From a virus, in the IMG/VR virus record IMGVR_UViG_3300021171_000006, positions 27,354 to 91,353 of that record: DNA of 64,000 bases. One strand, 5' to 3'. Below are positions 1 through 9,827 of the stretch, piece after piece; the stretch's first letter is position 1, and each line of letters starts with the position of its first letter. Below the pieces are notes generated by a model, which made no database searches, was not told the origin of the DNA, and saw only the letters and a list, made by a program, of their open reading frames with translations. The translations under genes and the position numbers were made by a program.

Positions 1-22
1 GGCGCTCAGCGTCGACAAGCCG

Positions 23-319
23 TTGACCGAGGAACAGATCGACAGGTATCTCGCCGAGGTCAAGGCGCAGATAAAGCGCGCTCCTACGATCGTCGCGCCG
101 GGCGATTTCATGTGGTTTGTCGCCGATGACCCGGATGAATTGGCGTGGATGCCGGCGAAGACGGAACACACGACATGGCTCTATATCTTCGGCGTCGTCG
201 AGATGCCGAGATCCAGCGTGGTTGACACCAAATGGGTCAGCGAGCTTTGCCTTGTCTCGAAGACCAAGGAGCCGTTCAGGCCCTGCGATAGACACAACGA
301 CGTATACGCCGGCAGCTGA
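23..319 (+). CDS. hypothetical protein (may start upstream of the window)
   Basis: ORF in the same orientation as the downstream structural genes; no motif recognised. Confidence 0.5.
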   Translation: MTEEQIDRYLAEVKAQIKRAPTIVAPGDFMWFVADDPDELAWMPAKTEHTTWLYIFGVVEMPRSSVVDTKWVSELCLVSKTKEPFRPCDRHNDVYAGS

Positions 320-350
320 AGAGGGGGAGCGATGAACGCCCCACCCTCGC

Positions 351-440
351 CCATACCTTGCCGCGCCCCGCCGCAGCCTACCGCACCGTACCTAGGCACA
401 GCACACCGGACCGGAGCCCACCGCGCCGTAGCACGCCGGG
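351..440. repeat. degenerate pentanucleotide array (~18 units, CCGYA-like)
   Basis: ccata ccttg ccgcg ccccg ccgca gccta ccgca ccgta cctag gcaca gcaca ccgga ccgga gccca ccgcg ccgta gcacg ccggg. Confidence 0.75.
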
Positions 441-492
441 AACGGAAGAATACCGATCGGTGTGATTTTCTGTCAACATTGGGAGATCGCTG

Positions 493-1188
493 ATGGCGGC
501 CCCAAGTTTGGCGGTTTTTCAAACCGGCGGCGCGGCTGTCACCGGCGACAATTTGAACTCGATGGTGCAGTCATGCGATACGATGAGCGAGCTTCGTGCT
601 CTCGTCGGCGTCGCTGGGATGCAAATCTTTGTTCGGGGGCAGAGCGCTCCAAACGACGGGCTTCAAGGCAACTTCTACTGGAACGTCAACGGCACGGCAC
701 CCGATGACAATGGCGTGACGACGGTTGTCCCCTACGGGGCCGGGTCTGGAGAATGGACGCGGATCATCAACCTTTCCCCAAGGGGAACGTTAGCCACAAC
801 CTACCCCCCTAATCCGTCCGGAACGACCAGCCTCATAGGCGTTATGATGGGGTTGGGGATGACGTTTACGCCCACGAAATCGGGCAATTTCCTGCTCATG
901 GCCACCGCCATTATTTACAATGCGACATCGGTCGATGGCGTTACGGCTGAGTTGCGATATGGCATAGGGACCGCGCCTTCCAATGGAACCCCCCTAGCGG
1001 GCACCAACATATGCGTGGCCGGCGAAAATAATATCCCCGCCGCAACAGCATCGACTCCGGTTGCTCTAATAGCATTCGTGGGTAATTTGACGGTCGGGGT
1101 CACATATTGGCTTGATTTGTCCCTGGCGGCTATTGCGGGGGGGACAGCAAACGCTATCAATGTGACATTGACGGTCGTCGAGTTATGA
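493..1188 (+). CDS. tail/fibre adaptor protein, no signal peptide
   Basis: RGQ..NDG.QG.FYWN...DDNG...W.R motif typical of tailspike N-terminal modules; Thr/Gly-rich beta C-terminus. Confidence 0.6.
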   Translation: MAAPSLAVFQTGGAAVTGDNLNSMVQSCDTMSELRALVGVAGMQIFVRGQSAPNDGLQGNFYWNVNGTAPDDNGVTTVVPYGAGSGEWTRIINLSPRGTLATTYPPNPSGTTSLIGVMMGLGMTFTPTKSGNFLLMATAIIYNATSVDGVTAELRYGIGTAPSNGTPLAGTNICVAGENNIPAATASTPVALIAFVGNLTVGVTYWLDLSLAAIAGGTANAINVTLTVVEL

Positions 1189-1559
1189 TCCGCGCAGTCA
1201 TTATTGGGCTGTTCGTGTTTTTCGCTCTGCCAGCATTGGCGCAGCCGGGAGCCTGTCTTGATCCGTCGCAGTCCTGGTCGTGGAGTTACTCGGTTGGGCC
1301 GATCTCCTCGATCAACTATTATCTCGACAGCCAGGTTCTCGCGGTCGCGTACAATGATGGCGTCGAGCATCTGCTGAACGGCGTGCCGACCAATGTCGCG
1401 CAGCGCTTTCAGATCGGCTACGGGGTATCGCCGGCCTCGATCTGGGCCGGGATGCGATACGGCTATCTGGAGATTCTTCAAAGCCAAGTTCACTGCCCAT
1501 TACGCTCGCAGTCCGGTGAGTTTTTGCTTTCCGCTGCACAACACGACACCCCCCAATGA
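1185..1559 (+). CDS. secreted KTSC-like domain protein
   Basis: signal peptide ending ALA|Q; ISSINYYLDSQVLAVAYNDGVEHLLNGVP matches the KTSC pattern. Confidence 0.55.
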   Translation: MIRAVIIGLFVFFALPALAQPGACLDPSQSWSWSYSVGPISSINYYLDSQVLAVAYNDGVEHLLNGVPTNVAQRFQIGYGVSPASIWAGMRYGYLEILQSQVHCPLRSQSGEFLLSAAQHDTPQ

Positions 1560-1981
1560 AACGCTGGTTCCTCGTTTTCGCTCTGTTGATCCTGGCGCTT
1601 ATCACGCCCAATCGGGCGTGGTCCCAGAGCTCGTTCTACAATTGCGCGATCGTCATCCCGAACCCGCCCGCGACGCAGTTTGCCACGCCGGCCGCCAGCC
1701 CGACGATCTGCAACCTTGACCCGCAGCGCATCGTCTCCGGTGCCGGCGTTGGATTGATCCTCAATTTCTCGCCGGGCGCTGTCGCAACCGTCAGCGTGCA
1801 AGTCACCGGCGACCAGAACCCGGCAGGCGCGACGGCGGCGTGGAACAACCACGACTACATGTTCAACCTCACGAGCTCGATGAACGGCAACATCATCATG
1901 CCGCTGACGGCTGTGCGCCTTTACCTGACGAGGTACACATCGGGCACGATCACGCTCTATCTGGTGGAGGCCGCGAAATGA
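1556..1981 (+). CDS. secreted beta-sandwich protein
   Basis: MKRWFLVFALLILALITPNRAWS|Q signal peptide; AVRLYLTRYTSGTITL C-terminus; ATGA overlaps on both sides. Confidence 0.7.
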   Translation: MKRWFLVFALLILALITPNRAWSQSSFYNCAIVIPNPPATQFATPAASPTICNLDPQRIVSGAGVGLILNFSPGAVATVSVQVTGDQNPAGATAAWNNHDYMFNLTSSMNGNIIMPLTAVRLYLTRYTSGTITLYLVEAAK

Positions 1982-3837
1982 GAACGCTCGGTCGCCTCCT
2001 CCTCGCCGCTACTCTGTGGGTCGGGCTGTCGGCCGGCGCGGTCGCCCAGTACATCTCCACCCCTCCCGGCATAATTCCGGTCACGGCGTTCACCTATTAC
2101 CCCACCAACTTGGCGCTCCAGGTGGCGATTGGCGGCTCCGCCTCAACCGTGTACCGCGGCGGCTTTTTTGCGGCGGGAGACGGTGGTGCCAGTTTCTATC
2201 AATGGTCGACCAGCGCGTGCTCGCTCAATTCGGGTAGCGGCGATAACGGTAGTCAGGTTGCCCCGGCAACGGGGGTCGGTTGCTGGATTGCGGAAAAGCC
2301 GACGGGTCCATGGGATGTGCGCATTTTCGGTGCCGACGCGACGGGCGCCAACGATAGCACCGTCGCGCTCAATGCCTGTTTGGCAGCGGCTGGCCCCGGC
2401 GGAACCTGTCTGGCTAGCGGGGGTACTACGCTGAAAATTCTCGGGGCTGTTTCGCTCCCCGGCCACACGACGCTGAGTTGCGGCAATTCCTATCTGGACG
2501 CCGAGGATAACCCGGCCGCATATGCGTCGACCCCGGCAATCAAAGTAAGCAACTCGCCTGCGATCACGGCCACCGGCGAGGGAGCGGCGGTCGCCAACTG
2601 CCTCATCTACCGCAACGGCATGACGTTTCCGGCGGCGGACAGTTCAGGTTTTGCGGGTACAGGACTATCAGACGCGGGCTACGGAAATTTCACCGTCATC
2701 GGCTCTGTGATCATCGGTTTCGACACGGCCATCGATACGTCGGGGCCTCGGCCCTACATCCAGTACGTCTACGTCGACGGAACTGGGGTCACGCATCCGG
2801 TCATCTACGAGCACAACGGCAACAGTGACGGCGGTGTGTTCGACAATATCAAAATCCAGCCGCTCGCTACGGGCAATTACGGGGGTAGCATAACCTGCGC
2901 TGAGGCAACAAGGCCAGGCACCGGATTCTATATGGGGGGCATCAATTTTATCGGCAAAATCGTCTCACAAAACATGCGGACGGCTGAGTTCGATTTCGAG
3001 TTTTACACCATTGCCGACGGGATATGGGCCGATTTCCCCGTTGCTTGTTTGAGCGCGCCGAGCAGCTATACGCCGACAGGTGTATTGATCGGCAACACGC
3101 AACTAATGGCGAACCACGTTGACATCAATTCGGTCAGCGTCGGGATTATTTCCAAGAACACTGGCGCCGCAAATTGGATCGGCAGTCTGTTCCTCAACAG
3201 CGTCGGGGGGGACTGCGTTCAAATAGGAACCAGCGGCGGCGTGGCGGGCGGCGCGTTTACTATTGGCGATGTGGTGATGAATGCCGGCAACGCGTCTAAT
3301 TGCGGAGGATACGTCGTCAACTATCTGGATTCAACGCATCTGTCTTACCTGACGATTAACAGCGGTCTTTTACACGGGGCCAATAGCGGGAACCCGCCCT
3401 ACATAAACGTGCCCTCTGCCGTGAACGCTTGGCAGATAAACATTTCTCCAAAGGTCGTCACCGATCTCGCGAACCCGGCGGCGATTTATGGGGCGACGAC
3501 GGTGGGGTCATGTACCGGGTTGGGGACTTCGGGTAACGCCTGCGCGCTGATGCCGTCCAGCCTCACCGATCCGTATTCGGGGGTAGTCCTGCTCACGGTA
3601 GGGTCGGGTGGGTCGCCGGGTACGACGGGGGTGGCTGAACTGACGTGGCCGCTGACGATCTCCAACGTCAACGGCTGCACCGCAGGCATACAGGATGCCG
3701 GGAACGCGTGGGCGGTGCCTGCTGGTGTGAAGATCATCAGCATCGACAGCACGCACACTGAGTTGTCGTGGTTCGCCAATTCTGCGCTGACAGCAAGCGG
3801 CACCTACCGCATCGCCTTTACGTGCAGGCCGCAATGA
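1978..3837 (+). CDS. tailspike-like beta-helix protein with signal peptide
   Basis: start chosen at the ATGA overlap; AVA|Q; GGFFAAGDGG module; DVRIFGADATGANDSTVALNA pectate-lyase-3-like entry motif. Confidence 0.75.
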   Translation: MRTLGRLLLAATLWVGLSAGAVAQYISTPPGIIPVTAFTYYPTNLALQVAIGGSASTVYRGGFFAAGDGGASFYQWSTSACSLNSGSGDNGSQVAPATGVGCWIAEKPTGPWDVRIFGADATGANDSTVALNACLAAAGPGGTCLASGGTTLKILGAVSLPGHTTLSCGNSYLDAEDNPAAYASTPAIKVSNSPAITATGEGAAVANCLIYRNGMTFPAADSSGFAGTGLSDAGYGNFTVIGSVIIGFDTAIDTSGPRPYIQYVYVDGTGVTHPVIYEHNGNSDGGVFDNIKIQPLATGNYGGSITCAEATRPGTGFYMGGINFIGKIVSQNMRTAEFDFEFYTIADGIWADFPVACLSAPSSYTPTGVLIGNTQLMANHVDINSVSVGIISKNTGAANWIGSLFLNSVGGDCVQIGTSGGVAGGAFTIGDVVMNAGNASNCGGYVVNYLDSTHLSYLTINSGLLHGANSGNPPYINVPSAVNAWQINISPKVVTDLANPAAIYGATTVGSCTGLGTSGNACALMPSSLTDPYSGVVLLTVGSGGSPGTTGVAELTWPLTISNVNGCTAGIQDAGNAWAVPAGVKIISIDSTHTELSWFANSALTASGTYRIAFTCRPQ

Positions 3838-5531
3838 TCGCAAGGATCTTCCTCCTTGCCCTTATGCTGATCGCGCCCGCCGCATGGGCGCAGACGATTG
3901 GCGGCGCACCACCGCTGCAGCAACCGGTGCAAGCGAGCGACCAAATATTCATCTTCCGTGGTTCGGCACCGGTCTATTCGACGACGGTGGGGACGCTGCT
4001 GTCCGGTCTGACGACGGGCGTCTACGGGCCGGTGTCGAGCTCGAATGGCTACGTGCCGACTTGGAACGGTGTGGCGGGTAACAAGCTGAACGCAGGCCTT
4101 CCGGTTGGACAGACCGGCAATTCGACGATCGTCGAGACAGGCGTTTCGGGGCTGATCTCGTCGTCAATCCTGCCGATCATAGGTGGGGCAAATGGTGGAA
4201 CCGGAGTCAACAACGGCAGTTATACCGAGACTTTTGGGGGCAACCTCGTTACCGGCGGGGCACTGACGACGACCGGGCTCGGCCCTGTGACGCTCGCCTT
4301 CCCTAGCATCCCGGTAACCTTCACCTTCCCGAGCACATCGAAGACGCTCTTGGCGAGCGATGCCAGCAACGTGTCGCTGCCCACTGCGCTCAACAACCTC
4401 GGCCTCGGATCGGGCAATACTCCTATTTTTGCGGGTGTGACGCTCGGTACGGCACCGAGTAGCCTCGGGGCAATCCTGAGCAGTGAGTGGGCCGGTCCTA
4501 ACTGGACCAGTTATACCGGCAATCAGGACATGATGCGAATCATGGTCAACAATTATCCGCTGTCCGACGAGTACCTGGGCGGTACGGTTCCGCTCGTGAG
4601 TGGCCTCGTCGTTGGGATGGTCGTTCCAAGCGGCGCGATCGGAGGGGCGACCGTCGGGGATCAGGTGCTCATCGCCTACGGCAAAACCCTGTCATCGACC
4701 AAAGGTGTTGCTGCTACTACCGGGTTCTCCTTCATGGGAGCTGCAGGATCACAGGCGTGGGGTCTTGTAGGCAATGTCATCAACTGCCAGGACTTCCCCT
4801 GTACCGGTGGGGGGTTTGGCGGCGGCGGCGTCCTGTATAGCGCCGAGCTGGACATGAACGTGGTCCCCAAGACCGGCAGCGTCGCTCCGGACCTCACCGC
4901 GATCGGGCTCCATATCGTCAACAATAGCCTGACGGACGTGGCTGGCGGGTATTTGGAGGCCGCAATCAACATTTCTGCGACGCAGCAGCCGTGGGATGTC
5001 GGCATAAGTTTCTCGGACGGCGCGAGCAGGACTGCCGCGATGAACCTCGGCCGCGCAGCGACTGGCGTGAGTCAGCCCTCGCAGGTGCTTGCGTTCAACG
5101 CAGAGAACAGCGGCGGCTCCAATCTAACGGATACTCTCTTTGAGACAGCGTTCGGTACGCTACAGCTCAACCTGCCTACGACATCTTCATTTTTCCAGGT
5201 CGTCGGCGGTGCGATTGCGGTCGCGCAGCCCGCTAATGGTAGTACGACGGGCGCTCTTTACCTAAGCCGGGCTACAGACAGCGGGCCGACGGGGAATTTG
5301 ATCGAGGCGGTCAACGCTGCGCAAAACTCCACGCTGTTTAATATCGACGTTAACGGGGTGGCAAATTATTCGGCGGCGGTCGCCCGGTCTGGTGCGCCGA
5401 CTGTAGCGGCTGGGCAGATAGGATATGGCAGTACGGTAGCCGCCGCAAGCAACTGTGGATCTTTAGCCAGTTCGGTGGGGTGTATCATCGTGAATATCGC
5501 CGGTTCAGTGCACTATTTTCCTTATTACTAA
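3834..5531 (+). CDS. tail fibre-like protein with signal peptide
   Basis: AWA|Q; GGANGGTG and ALNNLGLG fibre motifs; C-terminal IIVNIAGSVHYFPYY. Confidence 0.7.
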   Translation: MIARIFLLALMLIAPAAWAQTIGGAPPLQQPVQASDQIFIFRGSAPVYSTTVGTLLSGLTTGVYGPVSSSNGYVPTWNGVAGNKLNAGLPVGQTGNSTIVETGVSGLISSSILPIIGGANGGTGVNNGSYTETFGGNLVTGGALTTTGLGPVTLAFPSIPVTFTFPSTSKTLLASDASNVSLPTALNNLGLGSGNTPIFAGVTLGTAPSSLGAILSSEWAGPNWTSYTGNQDMMRIMVNNYPLSDEYLGGTVPLVSGLVVGMVVPSGAIGGATVGDQVLIAYGKTLSSTKGVAATTGFSFMGAAGSQAWGLVGNVINCQDFPCTGGGFGGGGVLYSAELDMNVVPKTGSVAPDLTAIGLHIVNNSLTDVAGGYLEAAINISATQQPWDVGISFSDGASRTAAMNLGRAATGVSQPSQVLAFNAENSGGSNLTDTLFETAFGTLQLNLPTTSSFFQVVGGAIAVAQPANGSTTGALYLSRATDSGPTGNLIEAVNAAQNSTLFNIDVNGVANYSAAVARSGAPTVAAGQIGYGSTVAAASNCGSLASSVGCIIVNIAGSVHYFPYY

Positions 5532-5547
5532 AGGGACAAGATTGGGA

Positions 5548-6036
5548 ATGAAACTCTTCACCGGCATTCTGATCTCCGCCGCGCTGCTAGTTTCGATGCC
5601 GTGCTTTGCTCAAGAGTTATCTCAGGTTCGGCCGGAGAGACTTGCTGGGGCGCCTCCGCCGCCCGCCCCGGCACCGCCGCCGCCACCATCCACAAAGCCC
5701 CCCGTGACGAAAGAGCCAACAGCGACGAGTGCGGCACAAGCGTCGGAGCCACCGGCACCGATCAATCCGTGCGCTCGCGGGCCGTCGCGGATAAAGCTTG
5801 GCGGGGTCGATCTTGACGCTCTGAAATGCCTAAACATCGTTCTGGCCCAGCAGCGCGACGCCCAGGTGCAGCAGGTCAGCAACAAGGAAGCGATTGTGTC
5901 CGTGGAGCTCCTGTTGGCGAGGGACGATCTAGAGAAGGCCTCGGCTCAATTAAAAGACGTAAGCGCGCGGGAGGGGTGGTGGCAGCACTGTATCACTGAC
6001 CCGGCATGTGTGACATGGGCCAACCAGGGGCACTGA
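5548..6036 (+). CDS. secreted Pro-rich/coiled-coil protein, possible fibre chaperone
   Basis: CFA|Q signal peptide; Pro linker; coiled coil; position between two fibre genes. Confidence 0.6.
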   Translation: MKLFTGILISAALLVSMPCFAQELSQVRPERLAGAPPPPAPAPPPPPSTKPPVTKEPTATSAAQASEPPAPINPCARGPSRIKLGGVDLDALKCLNIVLAQQRDAQVQQVSNKEAIVSVELLLARDDLEKASAQLKDVSAREGWWQHCITDPACVTWANQGH

Positions 6037-6049
6037 GAGGATCGTGAAA

Positions 6050-8641
6050 ATGAAGCGTTTAGCAATAGCGCTTCTCGCGCTGTTTTTATTCGGCCACGCG
6101 GCGCTCGCGCAGCTTACCAATTATGCTAACACGACGCTATCGAATGCTGCGCTGCCCAACGCGCGCGCCAACCTTGGCTTCCTCAACTACGTCTCCGTCA
6201 CGGACCCGGCCTATGGGGCGAAGTGCGACGGGGCGACGGACGACTCGGCGGCGATCCAGACGGCGGCGAATGCCGTCCCGGCAGGCGGCATCTTGCTGCT
6301 CCCCGCCGGGAAGCAATGCAATTACGGCACGACACTGACCCTCGCCCTCGGGATCAATATCAAGAGCGACGGCCCGCAATCGTCGGGGCAACTCTTCTGG
6401 ACCGGCGACGCGACCTCCGATCATATCGTCATCGCGAGTGGCATCGGTCCGTTCCAGGCGGCGGATGTCCGCATGGTCGCGACGGCGGGGGCGACCTACT
6501 CCGTCAACGACACGATCACGCTGAACGATGGTTGTGGCACTCATGCCATTGTGAAGGTTGCCAGAGTGTCGGGTACAGGCGTCGCCGATGCCCGGATCAC
6601 CACGGTTGGTTCTTGCACGAGCCAGCCATCCCCGACGACCGCAATTACGCAATTGTCGTCATCCGGCTCCGGCACCGGGGCGACGTTCAAGGTCTTCTAC
6701 GGTTCGCAGACGACGAAAGTCTATGAGCCGGAATTTCATAACGTCATCCTCGGCAGCACGACGACGATGACCTCGGGCTGCGTGATCCGCGCCGATTACG
6801 CCGGGTATCTCGTCTTCGACAACTCGCGGATTTACGGAGCCAGAAAGACGTGGCGCGGCATCTGCATGTCGCGGGTCATCACCGCGCACATCGGGCACAA
6901 TTCCTTGATCGACAACCTGCTTGGCGAATCCATCGTCATGTCAGGGACGGATACGGCTGGAAATCAGTCATCCGACGTCATGCTCGACCATTTGGAGTTG
7001 CAGGGGTGCAATCTTGCCATCGCGTCGAAGGCCGCCGCGCTACTGACCGGGTGTATCCTGCACGGGGATAATACGGACGGGATCTTTGTCACGCATACGG
7101 AGGTATACGGGTCATTCCTGGGGTACGCTGTCTACTTTGGCGCTGTGAACGGAGCGGCAAGCACACATTCGCTGTACTTCTTCAACGACTTCAATGTCGA
7201 GGCGGCGGGAACGTGGTCGGGCTCAATCAGCGGGACGAACTATAATAACATCTACCTCTCGGGCGGCTCCTGGATCGGGGCGAACAACATCGACGCCATC
7301 CACTTTCCCGCTGGAGCGACGCAACTCCAGATCGACCCGAGCGTCCTCATCTACTCGAACACGACCGATGCGTCGTCGCCAAACGGCATCTATGTGAACG
7401 GGACGGATGTCAGCATCGCCGGGACGATCATCGGAAACTATAACGGGGGCGGTGTGCTGGGCGCGGGCGTCTATCTCGACAGCTCGTCCAGCTACGTCTT
7501 CATCGGATCGACGGCCTCGATCCGCCAGTTCGCAGCCGGAGTGCAGGGCAATAGCGCGGTCGGCGTCTACACGCTCGATGCGGTCATGCAGAGCAATACG
7601 GCGGATCTGTCTGGCATTACCTGCACCGCTTTCGCCCGCCCGCTCACGAACGCGATCTCGTCGAGCGTGACCTCGCTCTGCCCGAACTGGTCCACGACCG
7701 GGACGCTCGCGGCCGGCGGGGCGGTCTCGCTCGGGTCCACGACGAACTTCCTCGGTGGTGCGACGGGAGTCACGATCACCGGGGCCAATTCCGGCGTCAC
7801 CTTTGCCACCGTAAATCAATATCTGGCGAGCAACATCTACTATAACGGCGGCTGGAAATATGCCGCCAACGGCACGGGTCTTGTGTTCGCCTTGTCAACC
7901 ACCTCGACGAATGCGATGGACATCTACACGGCGGCGAACAACGCGGGCGGAGCGGGTGCCGCCGCGTCGCTGACGACAGCGGCTCATGTCATCGCGAGCA
8001 GCAACGAGTGGGATTTCCCTGGCATCGTGACTGCTGGCGGTACGATCACGGGGACCAACCTCATTCCATCGGGGTCGGCGGCTCCGACCGTGGGCATGGG
8101 GCTGCCGGCGGCAGGTAAGCTCGGCCTCTACGGCACGACGAGCGAGTTGTTTTCCGGTGCGACGGACATCTGGGACTATGGCGTGACGACAGCGAGCGTG
8201 CTGACCCTGCCGGTGGCGACGACGCTTTCGAGCGCAAACGTGCTGCTGACGGGCATCACAACCGGGACGAATGCCGATTTCCTGTGCCGAGCCGCCACCG
8301 GGGCGGTCCTTTTGCAGACCTCAGCCTGCACGATTTCGTCGATGCGGTTCAAGAACCTGATGGGAAACTATCTCGACGATCCGCTCAAGGCTATCGGGGG
8401 ATTGCACCCCATCGTCTTCACACGCAAGCGTGACGTGGAACACCCCGATCCTGATTGGAATGCATATCAGCCGCAGATTGGTCTCTCCGCCGAGAATGTA
8501 GCGGCAATCGAGCCCAAATGTGCGATCTATGAGCAGGATGGGAAGACGCCAAAATCCTATCGGCAGGAATGCCTAATCGCAGTTTTAGTTTCTGCCGTGC
8601 AAAGACAGCAGGCAGAAATCGCCGAACTCAAACATCATTAA
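6050..8641 (+). CDS. tailspike/fibre with signal peptide and C-terminal peptidase S74 intramolecular chaperone
   Basis: ALA|Q; ARANLG; VSVTDPAYGAKCDGATDDSAAIQ beta-helix entry; SSMRFKN...GLSAENV...LVSAVQRQQAEIAELK S74 pattern. Confidence 0.8.
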   Translation: MKRLAIALLALFLFGHAALAQLTNYANTTLSNAALPNARANLGFLNYVSVTDPAYGAKCDGATDDSAAIQTAANAVPAGGILLLPAGKQCNYGTTLTLALGINIKSDGPQSSGQLFWTGDATSDHIVIASGIGPFQAADVRMVATAGATYSVNDTITLNDGCGTHAIVKVARVSGTGVADARITTVGSCTSQPSPTTAITQLSSSGSGTGATFKVFYGSQTTKVYEPEFHNVILGSTTTMTSGCVIRADYAGYLVFDNSRIYGARKTWRGICMSRVITAHIGHNSLIDNLLGESIVMSGTDTAGNQSSDVMLDHLELQGCNLAIASKAAALLTGCILHGDNTDGIFVTHTEVYGSFLGYAVYFGAVNGAASTHSLYFFNDFNVEAAGTWSGSISGTNYNNIYLSGGSWIGANNIDAIHFPAGATQLQIDPSVLIYSNTTDASSPNGIYVNGTDVSIAGTIIGNYNGGGVLGAGVYLDSSSSYVFIGSTASIRQFAAGVQGNSAVGVYTLDAVMQSNTADLSGITCTAFARPLTNAISSSVTSLCPNWSTTGTLAAGGAVSLGSTTNFLGGATGVTITGANSGVTFATVNQYLASNIYYNGGWKYAANGTGLVFALSTTSTNAMDIYTAANNAGGAGAAASLTTAAHVIASSNEWDFPGIVTAGGTITGTNLIPSGSAAPTVGMGLPAAGKLGLYGTTSELFSGATDIWDYGVTTASVLTLPVATTLSSANVLLTGITTGTNADFLCRAATGAVLLQTSACTISSMRFKNLMGNYLDDPLKAIGGLHPIVFTRKRDVEHPDPDWNAYQPQIGLSAENVAAIEPKCAIYEQDGKTPKSYRQECLIAVLVSAVQRQQAEIAELKHH

Positions 8642-8644
8642 CGA

Positions 8645-8770
8645 ATGGTCTCGCTAGTCGCCACGCTCGTCCTACCCTTCGCGGCGGCGGCCTGCTGCTC
8701 CCCGTTTGCCGTGCCTGTCGCGGCAGCTTTGGCTCTCGTGCTGGCGCAGTATCAGCGAATGGCGATGTAG
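8645..8770 (+). CDS. small hydrophobic peptide (41 aa)
   Basis: manual translation MVSLVATLVLPFAAAACCSPFAVPVAAALALVLAQYQRMAM; fills the gap between neighbours. Confidence 0.4.
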   Translation: MVSLVATLVLPFAAAACCSPFAVPVAAALALVLAQYQRMAM

Positions 8771-8771
8771 C

Positions 8772-9308
8772 ATGGACCCTACCGTTGAGATAGCCATCAT
8801 CGGCTCGCTGAGCGTCACGGCGGCAGCATTGTCTCCGATCGTCCAAGCTCGTATAGCGAACAGGCAGCGGCAGAGGGAGCGCGACGAGGATAGAGCCGAC
8901 CGCAAAGAAGTGGCGGCCAAGGTGGACGCGGCGGCAGATCAAGCACGGGAAGCCGCCCGCCTCCTGTCCGATGCACAGCAGGTTACGATATCGAAAACCG
9001 ATGAGGTTGCGACGGAAGCCAAGGCGGCGACGGCCGAAACCCGAAGCCAGTTGAAACAGATCCATACTCTTGTCAACAGCGACATGACCGCTGCCCGGCA
9101 GGGTGAGTTGGATCAGGTGAGGCTAAACCTTACCACGCTTCGTAAGGTGGTATTGCTTGGCGCGGAGATGGGGCGTCCGCCGGCCGATGAAGATAGCGTG
9201 GCCATCGAGACCGCCGAAGCCAGGATCAAAGAATTGGAAGGGATTTTGGCTGATCGGCTATCGCAGATGCGGGTTATTGAGGCTGAGGCCGACGTTGGCA
9301 AATCGTGA
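8772..9308 (+). CDS. N-anchored membrane coiled-coil protein
   Basis: N-terminal TM segment followed by coiled coil; lies upstream of the endolysin. Confidence 0.6.
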   Translation: MDPTVEIAIIGSLSVTAAALSPIVQARIANRQRQRERDEDRADRKEVAAKVDAAADQAREAARLLSDAQQVTISKTDEVATEAKAATAETRSQLKQIHTLVNSDMTAARQGELDQVRLNLTTLRKVVLLGAEMGRPPADEDSVAIETAEARIKELEGILADRLSQMRVIEAEADVGKS

Positions 9309-9446
9309 AAGCATCGTGATTTTCACGGAATTTTCACACAAAATCAACGACCTTGTGTTAGTAACAATGTGAGAGTCTGAGGACGGCCGATGTTCGACGG
9401 CGTTGTGATAGGGTGCGAACCGATGCGATCTGATGGGTCTCAGGAT

Positions 9447-9827
9447 ATGACCGACCCGCGCACCGTCATCGCACAGTCGGAACGTCTCGCCGTTGTGGAG
9501 ACGAAAGTGGAGGGGCTGAAGGAAGATACGGGGGTTATCAGGTCTAATATTCATGTCGTCAATAACGTATTACAGCAAATTATTTCGATGGAGCAGAGGT
9601 GCGAAACCAAACTCAGCGAGTTAATAGCATTGACGAAAGACCTTCCGACCATAGCGAGAACTGCCAATTCGTTTTCGGAAATGAAGGATGAGATTGAGGC
9701 GATGATCGACGAGCGCCAGCAGCGTCAGGGGGCGTGGAGGGCCATTGTACGGATGGGGGCCGCCCTTGTTGGTGCCGCATCAATCGGAGCCTGTGCCGCG
9801 GCGTGGTATTACGGACACTTCCATTGA
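9447..9827 (+). CDS. coiled-coil protein with C-terminal TM (XhlA/holin-accessory-like)
   Basis: ERLAVVETKVEGL...QRQGAWR plus TM segment. Confidence 0.6.
   Translation: MTDPRTVIAQSERLAVVETKVEGLKEDTGVIRSNIHVVNNVLQQIISMEQRCETKLSELIALTKDLPTIARTANSFSEMKDEIEAMIDERQQRQGAWRAIVRMGAALVGAASIGACAAAWYYGHFH

Noticed and set aside
1840-1977. N-terminal extensions given by the ORF track for 1840..3837 (and for 3768..5531)
   Set aside because: They overlap the upstream genes; the ATGA-coupled starts at 1978 and 3834 give clean signal peptides.
8622-9378. Further dif-like sites around 8622-8649 and 9350-9378
   Set aside because: The arms are out of register with the consensus, so the match is too weak.
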